IMG/VR virus record: IMGVR_UViG_3300045988_112752
Strand: one strand, 5' to 3'
Source of the DNA: a virus
Length of the DNA: 64,000 nucleotides
The position numbers were made by a program, and so were the translations under genes. Shown in pieces: positions 9,101 to 17,830 of the stretch. How positions within the stretch are numbered: position 1 is the first letter of the stretch; every line of letters begins with the position of its first letter. The notes beneath the pieces are model-generated. The model did not search any database. It saw nothing but the letters and a program-made list of their open reading frames with translations, and had not been told where the DNA came from.

Positions 9101-12100
9101 GAGACCAGTAATCTAAATCAAAAACTCGCCAACTACAAGCGGATGATGAGCGAGGCAAACCTTTCACAAAAGGAGCGTCAAGGTCTTATATCACGATTTA
9201 ACAGAGATTTCCACTCTTATATCTCTAAACTTGGCATTGAGGTAAAGAGTGTAAAAGATTTGCGCGACCATTACTCTGAGTTGGCACAGGAGGCCCAGAG
9301 GGCTACCTATTACCGTATGATGGAGCAAGCGAAGAAAAAAGCTCTGCCGAAACTCGATGCGGATAGAGATGCGGCTGCAAACGCTTTGTTGGCTCAGATT
9401 CAGAAAATGGGCATTGACAAATTTGGGGCTTCTTTCACTGATATAGACCGATGGGTACGCAAAGGCGCAAATGGAAATGCGATATTCTGGAGGTTAGCTA
9501 AAATGATGCCGGAGAGTAAGTCGGGTTTGAAGAAAGGCCTTGACTGGAAACTCGATAAGCAAGGTTTTGTATATCGTACGAGTTACGACGGCACGAAAGC
9601 AGGTCTTGCCGATTCTCATATGCAGTATGAACTCCGTGACTTGTTGTCCGCTGCTCGTTGGTATGCCAATTCTACGGGTAGAAGATATAAGAAAGAAAAG
9701 GATATTGAAGACAATTACCATAAGTGGTTTCCTAAAGGCTACACCCCTTACCCCGAAGAAGATCCCGGCACTCTCGATAACAACGCTCCCGAAAACAACG
9801 CTACCACTGGATCGGGTCATAATCCTAACCGTGATGAAAAGAATATCGCAAAAGACCGTGCTAATGCGCTTATCGCCAATATCAAGGCTTTCTATGAGGA
9901 ACAAATGCGCAAATACCTGGAATGGGTGGCACAAATGAACGCCGATGGGGAGAAGATAAGTGAAGGTCAGCAGAAAGAACAGTTGGATTATCTGCAATCG
10001 CAGATGGACCGTGCTCTTGGCACGGCTCGTCAATCTATTGCTAATCTTGGCGATGGTTGGAAACAGTTCTATTCCCACATGGATGAGGATGTGATGGTGT
10101 TCGATGATGAGACTTCTAAGCAACTGCTTGAGTCAATAGGCAAAGCGGATGTTGGTGAACTTCACAAATTGTTCACAAAACTATCTGGCGACCTATCACG
10201 TGAAAACAACAAGACTCTTGCTGAGAATCTTGGTGCATTGCTCGACCAGATATTTGCCAATGGTTCTAAGGAATTGCGCGAAGCAGCAGAAAAACTTCTT
10301 GCTCGTCAGCGTGAGATTCAGAAGATTTTGAACGAGCATGATTATACGGGTGCTGTTGACCGCAATACTCGCAGTAATTTTGACCGCTTAGGTTTTCTCC
10401 AACCGGCCAAGGATATTCGTTCTGACTCTCCTGAAGGTCTCGAAAAGATGAATACTGCTTTTGATAAGCTGACAACCAAGGCTCGTGAGTCTATTACCGT
10501 ATTGTATAGTCTTAATCCTGAGAGTGAGGATTTTCAGAATCATTTTCTTCAGTTCTTGTCTGTAGCCAATGAGGGTTTCGATTTCTCTGTTCTTAAAGTG
10601 CAAGACCTCAAAGCTCTTTATCTCGAACTGATAAAGTACAACGACGAATTTGCCGCAGCAGAGAAGAAGCAGTACGATGACGCTAAGAAAATTACCGATT
10701 TCCTTTGGAAGCGCGACAAGCGTAATCTCGACCAGCAAGAAAAAATGCGCAAGATGCAGAACGAAAGCAAGATGTTCGGCAAGCGTACAAACCTTCTCTC
10801 TAATCTCGGTCTCGCCAACCTTACAGCCGACCCAGAGATAGAACTGATGAAGGCTCGTATGCAAGCTGCTGAGAACTATTACGCTTTCGTGGAGCGCAAC
10901 AATAAAAACCAGCAGCTTCTCGCCGAAGCCGAGCGTGCCCGTCAGGAAGCCGAGCTTGCTTATGTCAATCAGATGGCAACGGCAATGAAGTCGCGTCTCT
11001 CTCAGATGAAGGAGCTCGTACAGCCTATCGAGGATTTCGGTGCTGCCGTAGGACAGGCTCTTGCAGAAATGCGCTACGATGCCGAGAGTGCAAACGACGC
11101 TATCAAGTCTGCCCTTAAGTCCATGCTTGAGTCCTGGGCAAAGATGGCACTCAACGATGTAAACACACAAATGTGGAAAGCCATCAATGATGCAGGAGCC
11201 AAGCGAGGTAAGAAAAACGCACAGCCCGACATTGAGGCGGCGCGTGCTAATGCCGACGCTAATGCGGTAACGATGAATACGTCGGATATTGGCACGGCGG
11301 GCAATCCGGCTCATGTCATTGTGGATAATGAAACAAAGCCATCGGATTCTATTTCAGACAAAAAGACAGATGTCGTTGTGCACTCGGAACCAGGCGGACC
11401 TGATGCGCTGCCCACGGTTGCTCACAAGGATTCGCCTATGGCAACTTCTCCTATTTTGGTGCCCAACAACACCGAAAGACATGGAGCTGGAGGGCTTTTT
11501 AAAAGTGTCGACCCCGACACTATGCCTTCTTACCCGTCTAAAGATAAGGTTAGCGCAGAACTCCCCGTAAAGATAGGAGATGACAATGTTGTTGACTCTC
11601 ATTCTAATTCTCAGGAAAAGTCAGATTTGCAGCACGAACCTCTTTCGCGCGTAGAAGAGAAGAGGAAGAATAACTTTCCATCTGATTTTCATCCTGACCA
11701 GTATCCTGAAATTACAGTTAATTCAAAGAAAGAAAGTCCTGTACCTACGGTTGATACAAAAACATATGAACCGCCGGCAAACGCGGCATTAAAACGTGCG
11801 CATAATACCAACAACCCTCAAAATGAAGAAAATCGGGAGGGTGTTGTTGGTTTAAGCGATATACAAGAAAATGTCCGAGGTATTTTAGAGGTTGCCAAGG
11901 ATCTGCAAAGCAAGGTCTCGGATAGAGCAGAGGGCGATGTTGGTAGTCCTACTGAACGAACAGAGGAACCAGATTCTTCTGCAAATTCTACATCGTATTC
12001 CGACCCTGCTCATCGCACAAAAAAGGCATTGCCGACAGATGCTCAGGAATCTCAAGGCAAAGTGCGCAATTCGCCTTCAAATCAAAGAAAAGGTTCTACA

Positions 12101-13234
12101 GCGTTTAGGGGTACAGCGGAACAGGCAGGAAGTTCTGTTGCTGATGCCATTACGGGGCAATCTTCTTTAGCTGAAGCAGGCGCAGGAATTGTAATGGGAG
12201 GAGTAAATGCTGCTCTTAATGCAGACCTCGGTGACAGTAAGAAGAAAAAGAAAGAGGAAAAGCAGCGCAAAAAACAGCTTCGAGAAGAAAAGAAGCACCA
12301 AAAGGCTCTTTCTAAAGAGGTCAAGCAAGGCACAAAGGAGCGCGAAAAGACTACCGACAAGGGCGTGAAGAATATGACCGTCACAACGGAGCAAGGAAAT
12401 AAAGAGCAGAGTAAAGGCACGGCGGTTGCACAGCAGACTATGCTTGGTGCAACAGATGCAGTTCTTAACACTACCCTCATTGCAAAACAAAAAAACAACG
12501 ATGCTATGGTGCAATCGGATGCAGCACGTACTGAAGCCGAGATGACATTCTCTATCGCTGGAGCAATGGCAAAGTGCTTTGAGTTCCTGGGTCCGATCGC
12601 CGGTCCGATCGCCGCCGCTGTAGTAATGTCAACTTTAATGGGCTTGCTCCAGTGGGCTTTAGGTTCGGCTTTGGGAGGAAAGAAGAAAAACTCCACCAAA
12701 GGTCCTAACACCAAGGTTGTATCGGGTATGCTCACCTACGACTCCGGCAACGTGCAAGATCTCCGTCCATTCGTCGGTAACGACGGTAGCCTCTATTGGG
12801 CGACCGAGGACAACAAGCCTCACGATGGAGTGTCGCTCCTCACGCAGCCGACTGCCACCACTATCAACGGCCAACCGTCCCTTGTAGCCGAGAACGGCCC
12901 TGAACTGGTAATCGGACGCGAGACCACCCAGGCGATGATGATGAACAATTCGCAATTACTCAAAGCCCTCGTCAACTACGACCGCAACTATTCCGGTCGC
13001 CGAGCCTACGACAATGGCAATATTGCGGAAACGTCCGCCACAATCACCCCACAGTCGCCTGCAACCGACGAAATGGTGTCTGCACAAGCCAATACCAATA
13101 TCGCGCTCCTGCAAGCCGTAAACACGCTCCTGCAACGTCTGGAGCAACCAATCGAAGCCAAAATCGACATGTACGGCCGTGGAAAACTCTACGACAGCAT
13201 GACAAAGGCTAATCAGTTTATGAAGAACAAGTAG
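6125..13234 (+). CDS. Tail tape measure protein (2369 aa)
   Basis: ORF track. Coiled-coil N-terminus with an internal tandem duplication. TP901-type core-like segment (SSTSTATSNDITEFAKRCTGVARTAGITTDQLLALGSAFSAQMASPEVAATAMSKFIVALQ). Hydrophobic helices, a long disordered S/P/E/K-rich region and a KKKKKEEKQRKK stretch. Confidence 0.8.
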   Translation: MANLKTEVILTMNGKAAIQVLEALRDKAKSVREEIDNLDEKAPDFKQRKAGLEEVYKALQSAETDVIKGTERLDHALQNLTSTSLQNLRKALGDGRRQLQSLSEDDLEEIEEIRKKMKLAGDQVRLLEGQYVKIPDGLKNIKNQSDQWLDKAIKQQRDLVGSLEKSDASYQKNLSTLKQLVAEEDRRKGKMSKSDAMATVSNKYANASELRRAKTTITEVRDKTDSHKVDEIEQYNKALLEIDKRLGSISGQFVDVQKGISNVSNQSDQWLDKAIKQQRDLVGSLEKSDASYQQNLATLKQLEAEEDRRKGKMSESEAHQTVSSSNASASDLRRAKTTLTEARDKTALSNTGEIDKYNSELQEIEKRLEAVSGKAQKASMSWKQMKQVLAEPNKASGEDIKRTMEVIAQKIQQLPAGSKYVADLRRQYSMLEQTLKGTRMSQSALNDILTRSKQGKASIDELRRAYKQLEEELNLLNTKSKEFADKQKSMKELKKNIDEVTGAANKQGGAWNTALKNLTAYVGLFSVFNHIKDLVTGAIKKNFEYSGSLTDIRKVSGLTMDDVKKLSTELAKIDTRTSVDGLAQLAYEASKLGVGKYGVEGMAQFVRAADKINVAIGEEMGEKALPSLLKMTEVMGLIPKMGLERSIEAVGSAMFKLSSTSTATSNDITEFAKRCTGVARTAGITTDQLLALGSAFSAQMASPEVAATAMSKFIVALQKNHNLIEKDLAIPAGTINDMYKAGHAMDAIVLILEKMKEKGNMNALGEIFKDVGGDGQRLISSMVTMAKNVDMLKDHLYESQEAFEEATAVGKEYSMQQMSAIGILERANNLWEKAFVNPDGVDAVKGMAEWWYEMSATMTSSPLLKGTLQIALQMVLWTLKGIATLLPVIIGYMASQGVYSGLKLLYQYLVALGMAGKAMFQYVRALVTANAAQSTLNKTMKLNPWIALASIIIGVAGAIYGYTQRAREAAAAAKEAEKQANAWKSTLGQAAVETSNLNQKLANYKRMMSEANLSQKERQGLISRFNRDFHSYISKLGIEVKSVKDLRDHYSELAQEAQRATYYRMMEQAKKKALPKLDADRDAAANALLAQIQKMGIDKFGASFTDIDRWVRKGANGNAIFWRLAKMMPESKSGLKKGLDWKLDKQGFVYRTSYDGTKAGLADSHMQYELRDLLSAARWYANSTGRRYKKEKDIEDNYHKWFPKGYTPYPEEDPGTLDNNAPENNATTGSGHNPNRDEKNIAKDRANALIANIKAFYEEQMRKYLEWVAQMNADGEKISEGQQKEQLDYLQSQMDRALGTARQSIANLGDGWKQFYSHMDEDVMVFDDETSKQLLESIGKADVGELHKLFTKLSGDLSRENNKTLAENLGALLDQIFANGSKELREAAEKLLARQREIQKILNEHDYTGAVDRNTRSNFDRLGFLQPAKDIRSDSPEGLEKMNTAFDKLTTKARESITVLYSLNPESEDFQNHFLQFLSVANEGFDFSVLKVQDLKALYLELIKYNDEFAAAEKKQYDDAKKITDFLWKRDKRNLDQQEKMRKMQNESKMFGKRTNLLSNLGLANLTADPEIELMKARMQAAENYYAFVERNNKNQQLLAEAERARQEAELAYVNQMATAMKSRLSQMKELVQPIEDFGAAVGQALAEMRYDAESANDAIKSALKSMLESWAKMALNDVNTQMWKAINDAGAKRGKKNAQPDIEAARANADANAVTMNTSDIGTAGNPAHVIVDNETKPSDSISDKKTDVVVHSEPGGPDALPTVAHKDSPMATSPILVPNNTERHGAGGLFKSVDPDTMPSYPSKDKVSAELPVKIGDDNVVDSHSNSQEKSDLQHEPLSRVEEKRKNNFPSDFHPDQYPEITVNSKKESPVPTVDTKTYEPPANAALKRAHNTNNPQNEENREGVVGLSDIQENVRGILEVAKDLQSKVSDRAEGDVGSPTERTEEPDSSANSTSYSDPAHRTKKALPTDAQESQGKVRNSPSNQRKGSTAFRGTAEQAGSSVADAITGQSSLAEAGAGIVMGGVNAALNADLGDSKKKKKEEKQRKKQLREEKKHQKALSKEVKQGTKEREKTTDKGVKNMTVTTEQGNKEQSKGTAVAQQTMLGATDAVLNTTLIAKQKNNDAMVQSDAARTEAEMTFSIAGAMAKCFEFLGPIAGPIAAAVVMSTLMGLLQWALGSALGGKKKNSTKGPNTKVVSGMLTYDSGNVQDLRPFVGNDGSLYWATEDNKPHDGVSLLTQPTATTINGQPSLVAENGPELVIGRETTQAMMMNNSQLLKALVNYDRNYSGRRAYDNGNIAETSATITPQSPATDEMVSAQANTNIALLQAVNTLLQRLEQPIEAKIDMYGRGKLYDSMTKANQFMKNK
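6551..7250 (+). repeat. Tandem in-frame duplication inside the tape measure gene (period 366 bp, 122 aa)
   Basis: NQSDQWLDKAIKQQRDLVGSLEKSDASYQ(K/Q)NL... begins at 6551 and again at 6917. The first ~130 nt of the two copies are nearly identical. Confidence 0.85.
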
Positions 13235-13318
13235 CCTTGTGCAACGAGCAGTCCGCGTCAAGCGGACTGCGATACATATATTCCGCAAGCAGTCTTCTCA
13301 ATCAGCAAAGCATTTATT

Positions 13319-13353
13319 AGGTCGTCGCGCCGTTAGGTGCGGCGACCTTTTTC
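13319..13353 (+). terminator. Rho-independent terminator after the tape measure gene
   Basis: AGGTCGTCGC ... GCGGCGACCT 10-bp stem (one G-T pair) followed by TTTTT. Confidence 0.75.
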
Positions 13354-14042
13354 TATCATTTTCTATTCTTTCTCTTCCCTGAAAGAATAAACTTCTATCC
13401 CCAAAAGTCCAAAACCACGAATTTTCGTAATTACCTAATAATCATGGACTTTATCTAAAGTCTACTCTTCAAAAGTCCAAAAATCTACTAATTAAGGTTA
13501 CTACTATATATAAATTTCGCCAATTTTCTTTCTTTCCCATTTTCAAAACTCCCGAACCCTAATTATATAGTTAGTAGCATTAACGCCTATGGCGTAAATA
13601 TTTGACATTTAATGAATTAGATAGGGTGGTATTGGCAACGAACTGGGCGTAAAAAATGCCGTGAAAACCTATGTTTCTACATCTTCTTATATTTTTTTGT
13701 TATTTGCGCTCGTATAGATATATAAAAATTTCCCCTATTTTTAAACTTTTAATAGATAAATAGCAGAAAATTAGAAAGTTAAATCGTTTTTTTTAAAATT
13801 CATTGGGCGGTCACGAGGTGGATTTGGGGTGGACTTTAGAAGCGTTTTTCAAAATCACGAACTTTTCATTTTTCGGTTTTCTTTGAAAAAATGGACTTGA
13901 AAGCTAAAAAACGGACTTTTGAAGGTTCAAAAATCTAAACATAACTAACATAAGAAAAACATAGCCGAAGTATTGTTTATTTCAATTTTAATTATTAAAT
14001 TTGCAACCGATATAATAACTTACTTATTTCTACTTATAGTAT
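13354..14042. promoter_or_regulatory. AT-rich non-coding region with iterons; candidate replication origin and primase promoter
   Basis: No ORF. AAAGTCCA at 13404 and 13472. Its complement TGGACTTT at 13445 and 13830, with variants at 13892 and 13912. AAAA(C/T)CACGAA(C)TTTTC at 13411 and 13851. TAaaTTTG -7 box at 13996-14003. Confidence 0.5.
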
Positions 14043-15113
14043 ATGTTCGACGAGATATGTTCTGTATATAAAGAGGCCAATGATGCAGAAGGTCGTTTCG
14101 TTGACCGCGAGACGGGTGAGTGCATCCAGCAGATGACTATCCGTGAGTTCTGTCTGACGGACAGATGGAAACCGTATGTGCAGCGACTGCGTGCAATGCG
14201 TCAGGAGTTGGGCAGCAAGGCAAAGAAGATGCCTGAGTACATCGAAACAAAGAAGATGCTGCCTGGTGCTACACTTAGTGGGCTGTTTGCTCTTTACGAA
14301 GATGACAGTCTTACCCATCCAGGGCAACGTGTCATGGTTAGCCGACGAGAGAGCCACCTAAAGCAGCATACTGGCTGGCTCGCTATCGACATCGACTTGG
14401 CTGACAACACCCATCTGAGCAATTTTGAGAATATCCGTATGGTGTGCCGCTTCCGACCGGAGATAGGGTTACTTATGCGCTCATGTTCGGGCAGCGGATA
14501 TTTCGGCTTGGTACGTCTGGCTTACCCCGACCGACATAAATCGCAGTTCAGAGCTCTGCTACAAGAATATGCTCCCATAGGTATCACGCTTGACAAGGCG
14601 TGCAGCAATATTGGGCGTGTGCGCTTTGCTTCATGGGATGATTCCGAGCATATATATATCAATGAACAGGTGATACCGTACCGTGGATTGGCTGAGGATA
14701 TTCCGCAAGTAATACCTCAAGCCGTTAGGCAATCGTATCGCCCTGGGGGTGGGTTTACCTACCATGATGAATGTGGAGTGCAGTTCTGGGAGCAACAGCG
14801 AGTGCAGGACCGATTAATAGAGTTGATAGTGGAAGAACTCGTGCGCAATCATAAAAACATCACCGAGAGCTATGAAGAATGGGTCAAGGTGGGTTGGGCG
14901 TTGCGTTCGCATCCTTATGGTTTTAATTTGTTTCACCAGCTCTCAGAATGCAGTCAGAAATATAACGAAGGTCAGACAAACGTGAAATGGACCCAGTTAG
15001 GTAGCAGTAAGACCGTGACGTATAATTACCTTATCCATGCCTGCAAAAAGGAACTTGGAATGGAAATATATCAACAGATTTGTAGGCGAGTCTGGAGTGA
15101 GTTGAAAAACTGA
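14043..15113 (+). CDS. Primase-like protein (VirE/BT4734-type AEP N-terminal domain plus PriCT-like C-terminal region)
   Basis: ORF track 356 aa. KKMLPGATLSGLF...HTGWLAIDIDLAD (DxD) and ESYEEWVKVGWAL (PriCT-like). Confidence 0.65.
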   Translation: MFDEICSVYKEANDAEGRFVDRETGECIQQMTIREFCLTDRWKPYVQRLRAMRQELGSKAKKMPEYIETKKMLPGATLSGLFALYEDDSLTHPGQRVMVSRRESHLKQHTGWLAIDIDLADNTHLSNFENIRMVCRFRPEIGLLMRSCSGSGYFGLVRLAYPDRHKSQFRALLQEYAPIGITLDKACSNIGRVRFASWDDSEHIYINEQVIPYRGLAEDIPQVIPQAVRQSYRPGGGFTYHDECGVQFWEQQRVQDRLIELIVEELVRNHKNITESYEEWVKVGWALRSHPYGFNLFHQLSECSQKYNEGQTNVKWTQLGSSKTVTYNYLIHACKKELGMEIYQQICRRVWSELKN

Positions 15114-15300
15114 AACGTATTCTATGGATATTTTATGGTTATTCTATGAATGTTCGTTGCGTATTCACTTCATGTTTACTTCGTATTTACTTAGTTTTTG
15201 ATAAATATTTTTATTTCAGAGCAAGTATTATGAAAGTACTATGAAAGTATTATGAATGTCTTATGATTGTTTTACAAAATAATATAAATTAATACGATAT

Positions 15301-15861
15301 ATGAAACTAATAACAATTACCGGTCCGAGTGGTGCGGGTAAGGACACTATAGCTCGGATAATGTCGGAAATGACAGACTGGCCTATTATCTGTTCCTACA
15401 CCACGCGCCCTATGCGTGAGGGGGAACAGGACGGCAGAGAGCATCATTTTGTAAAAAGGTTGAGCGCGGATGCTGCCGATGTGTTAGCATATACACAGTA
15501 TGGTGGCTATGAATATTGGGCTACGGTAGACCAAATCAAGGATATAGCTATCTATGTGGTGGATGAAGCCGGATTGATGTTCATAAAAAAATGGCATCCC
15601 GAAATTCAGACTTATTCCTTTTACGTCAAAAGTTCTACTATAACACGTTTGGCAAGAGGTGTCAAGCTCTCGCGGATATTGCGGGATGTGGATCGTCTGA
15701 ATGCAGCTATTGGGATTAAATTCGACTGCAAAATATTTAATGATGGGGGTATGTCGAAAGAAGATTTGCGCTATAAGGTAGCGCAACATGTTTGCTTTAT
15801 ACCATTTATTAGGGAGAAGCTCGATCCCTTTGGCGAAAAATCATCTAATCTTACTGAATAA
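15301..15861 (+). CDS. gmk: Guanylate kinase-like nucleotide kinase
   Basis: ORF track 186 aa. P-loop GPSGAGKDT and SYTTRPMREGEQDGREHHFV (guanylate kinase signature). Confidence 0.8.
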   Translation: MKLITITGPSGAGKDTIARIMSEMTDWPIICSYTTRPMREGEQDGREHHFVKRLSADAADVLAYTQYGGYEYWATVDQIKDIAIYVVDEAGLMFIKKWHPEIQTYSFYVKSSTITRLARGVKLSRILRDVDRLNAAIGIKFDCKIFNDGGMSKEDLRYKVAQHVCFIPFIREKLDPFGEKSSNLTE

Positions 15862-15879
15862 TATAAAATATAGAGCATT

Positions 15880-16182
15880 ATGAAAAAAGAAGTTAAGCAA
15901 CAGACGGATGTCAATACCTTTGATGATTTGAAGTTTTACAGTCATCATTATGACCGATTTGGAAAGATAGCGCAATGCCGATTCCCTAATGATTATGGTT
16001 TGTCGGTAGTAAACGGGGAATGTGCCTATTGCACTGCGGACACTTTTGAGGTGGCTATCTTACATAATGGAGGAATTACTTACGATACTCCTCTGACTAA
16101 TGATGTACTTCCTTCTCAGTCAAAAGAGAATATCAACCTCTTAATTAAGGAAGTAAAGAGTTGGGATAAAGACCAATATTAG
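15880..16182 (+). CDS. Hypothetical protein
   Basis: ORF track 100 aa; co-directional tiling. Confidence 0.55.
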   Translation: MKKEVKQQTDVNTFDDLKFYSHHYDRFGKIAQCRFPNDYGLSVVNGECAYCTADTFEVAILHNGGITYDTPLTNDVLPSQSKENINLLIKEVKSWDKDQY

Positions 16183-16228
16183 GATGTTATGATATACACC
16201 CCAAACAATAAACTAAAATTCATCAGCA

Positions 16229-17125
16229 ATGAAATTAATAAACAGTTCAGTGGAGTGGTGGCAGCAGGACAACCTGGCGCGACACATTGCACGAGTGGGC
16301 AGAATATGCTACAAGGCAAAAGGTAAGCAGCCTGACGAAGGCCTGACGGACGAAGAGAAGGAGGCTTTCATCCAGAAGCGCGACGAGAATCGTTGCAAAG
16401 GTTTTTGGGAAAGCGGACACCGTTCAATGTATCGACACGGCACCATGTATTTCTTCATGCCCAACGAAAAGGTTTTTCCCAACTATATCTGGGCATACCT
16501 AAACGCCTCGCCTTATATCGACTATGCAACCAAAAACCACAAGGTGTGGATAAGCGCAAACATGCAGTTCCTGCTTGAGAATGGTGACTTGTTTACGCCG
16601 TTGAAGCCATATACCGTGACTGAAGCTGAGTTTATAGAAAAGGCACAAAAATATGATTGTGAGTCGGCATTTGCCATTCTTCGTATGACGTTTGTCATTA
16701 CTACCCAAATAAGCACATCGCGTGAACTGAACCGCAAATCGCCCAACAGCATAGCCGAGCAAAGCACACGCTACTGTAACCTTGAGAAGAAAGGCGGTGT
16801 GCAGATAGCACGCCCATACTGGTATATTAACGGCACACGTTTGCAACGCATGGTGTATAGTTGTGTTTGCCGTGTGTGCGAATGGGGCTATAACTGCTTG
16901 CTGAATTTGGGATTGAAACCCGAGGATGCACGTGGCGTTCTGCCTCTCGATACATACACCGTGGTGGCATATACCTACACCATAGCCGAGTGGAAGGAAA
17001 TTATCGACCTTCGCTATCATGGCACCACCGGTAAACCGCATCCTAATGCGCATTTGGTAGCAGAACTGTTACGCAACAAGATATTGGAGCGTATGCGTGT
17101 GTATTTATCCGATTTTGAAATTTAA
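16229..17125 (+). CDS. ThyX-like (flavin-dependent thymidylate synthase fold) protein with non-canonical active-site motif
   Basis: ORF track 298 aa. ARVGRICYKAK, ESGHRSMYRHGTMYF, FVITTQISTSRELNRKSPNSIAEQSTRY and PEDARGVLPLDT match ThyX block order, but RHR is replaced by RKS in my alignment. Confidence 0.65.
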   Translation: MKLINSSVEWWQQDNLARHIARVGRICYKAKGKQPDEGLTDEEKEAFIQKRDENRCKGFWESGHRSMYRHGTMYFFMPNEKVFPNYIWAYLNASPYIDYATKNHKVWISANMQFLLENGDLFTPLKPYTVTEAEFIEKAQKYDCESAFAILRMTFVITTQISTSRELNRKSPNSIAEQSTRYCNLEKKGGVQIARPYWYINGTRLQRMVYSCVCRVCEWGYNCLLNLGLKPEDARGVLPLDTYTVVAYTYTIAEWKEIIDLRYHGTTGKPHPNAHLVAELLRNKILERMRVYLSDFEI

Positions 17126-17136
17126 ACTAATATATT

Positions 17137-17526
17137 ATGTCAAAATTAACATTAAACGAATATCAGGACAAGGCTATGAGCACTTGTATGCCTGAAAGCG
17201 ACAATCTTTTCTATATGCTTGCCAATCTCGTTGGTGAAGTCGGCGAGTTTGCAAGCAAGGCTGGCAAGCACATGCGTAAAGGCAAACTACACATCACTAC
17301 AATGCAGCGCGACGAGGAAGGCAAAATCCTGCATACGCAGATGTGGAACATCAGTGAAGAAGAACGACATCTTATGCTCTCCGAAATCGGAGATATTCTC
17401 TGGCAGACAGCCGGACTCGCCAAAGTGATGGGTGTCACGCTCGAAGAAGTGGCTGAAGAAAACCTCGCAAAAATTGCCTCACGCAAGCAGCGAAATGTCA
17501 TTGCCGGTAATGGTGACGAGCGTTAG
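17137..17526 (+). CDS. mazG: MazG-like nucleoside triphosphate pyrophosphohydrolase
   Basis: ORF track 129 aa. LNEYQDKAMST...LANLVGEVGEFA...EIGDILWQTAGLA...LEEVAEENLAKIASR. Confidence 0.8.
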   Translation: MSKLTLNEYQDKAMSTCMPESDNLFYMLANLVGEVGEFASKAGKHMRKGKLHITTMQRDEEGKILHTQMWNISEEERHLMLSEIGDILWQTAGLAKVMGVTLEEVAEENLAKIASRKQRNVIAGNGDER

Positions 17527-17569
17527 TTTTCTTATTTGATAATGCACCTTATGATAAATAGCATTAATT

Positions 17570-17806
17570 ATGGCTAAATCCAACCCTATCAAAGCGAGAG
17601 AAGAACTTGTGCGCAATCAACCCACCATCTACTCTTTCAATTTCTGCGATGTGCCTTCGGATAAGTATGCCGAGACATTGGACGTTCTCTTTCATAATCC
17701 GGATTATAACGAAGCCGTTGAGAAGCGCAATCGACTTGTGAAATCTGCCGAACGTCTACGTCCAGGTTCAAGCGAAATGGCAAACCTTGTGTGTACCATT
17801 CAGTAG
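17570..17806 (+). CDS. Hypothetical protein
   Basis: ORF track 78 aa. Confidence 0.5.
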   Translation: MAKSNPIKAREELVRNQPTIYSFNFCDVPSDKYAETLDVLFHNPDYNEAVEKRNRLVKSAERLRPGSSEMANLVCTIQ

Positions 17807-17830
17807 CACGATCGCAAGTTGGCAGACATC

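Noticed and set aside
7519-11314. Several long minus-strand ORFs (7519-8328, 9494-10123, 10388-11314) inside the tape measure gene
   Set aside because: All are antisense to one uninterrupted 2369-aa ORF with recognisable tape-measure features. They have no motifs, starts are not aligned with any leader motif, and composition is typical of shadow frames.
13354-14042. CRISPR array or other regularly spaced repeat array in the repeat-rich intergenic regions
   Set aside because: The repeats are 8-17 nt, occur in both orientations and are irregularly spaced. No repeat-spacer periodicity exists here or elsewhere in the window.
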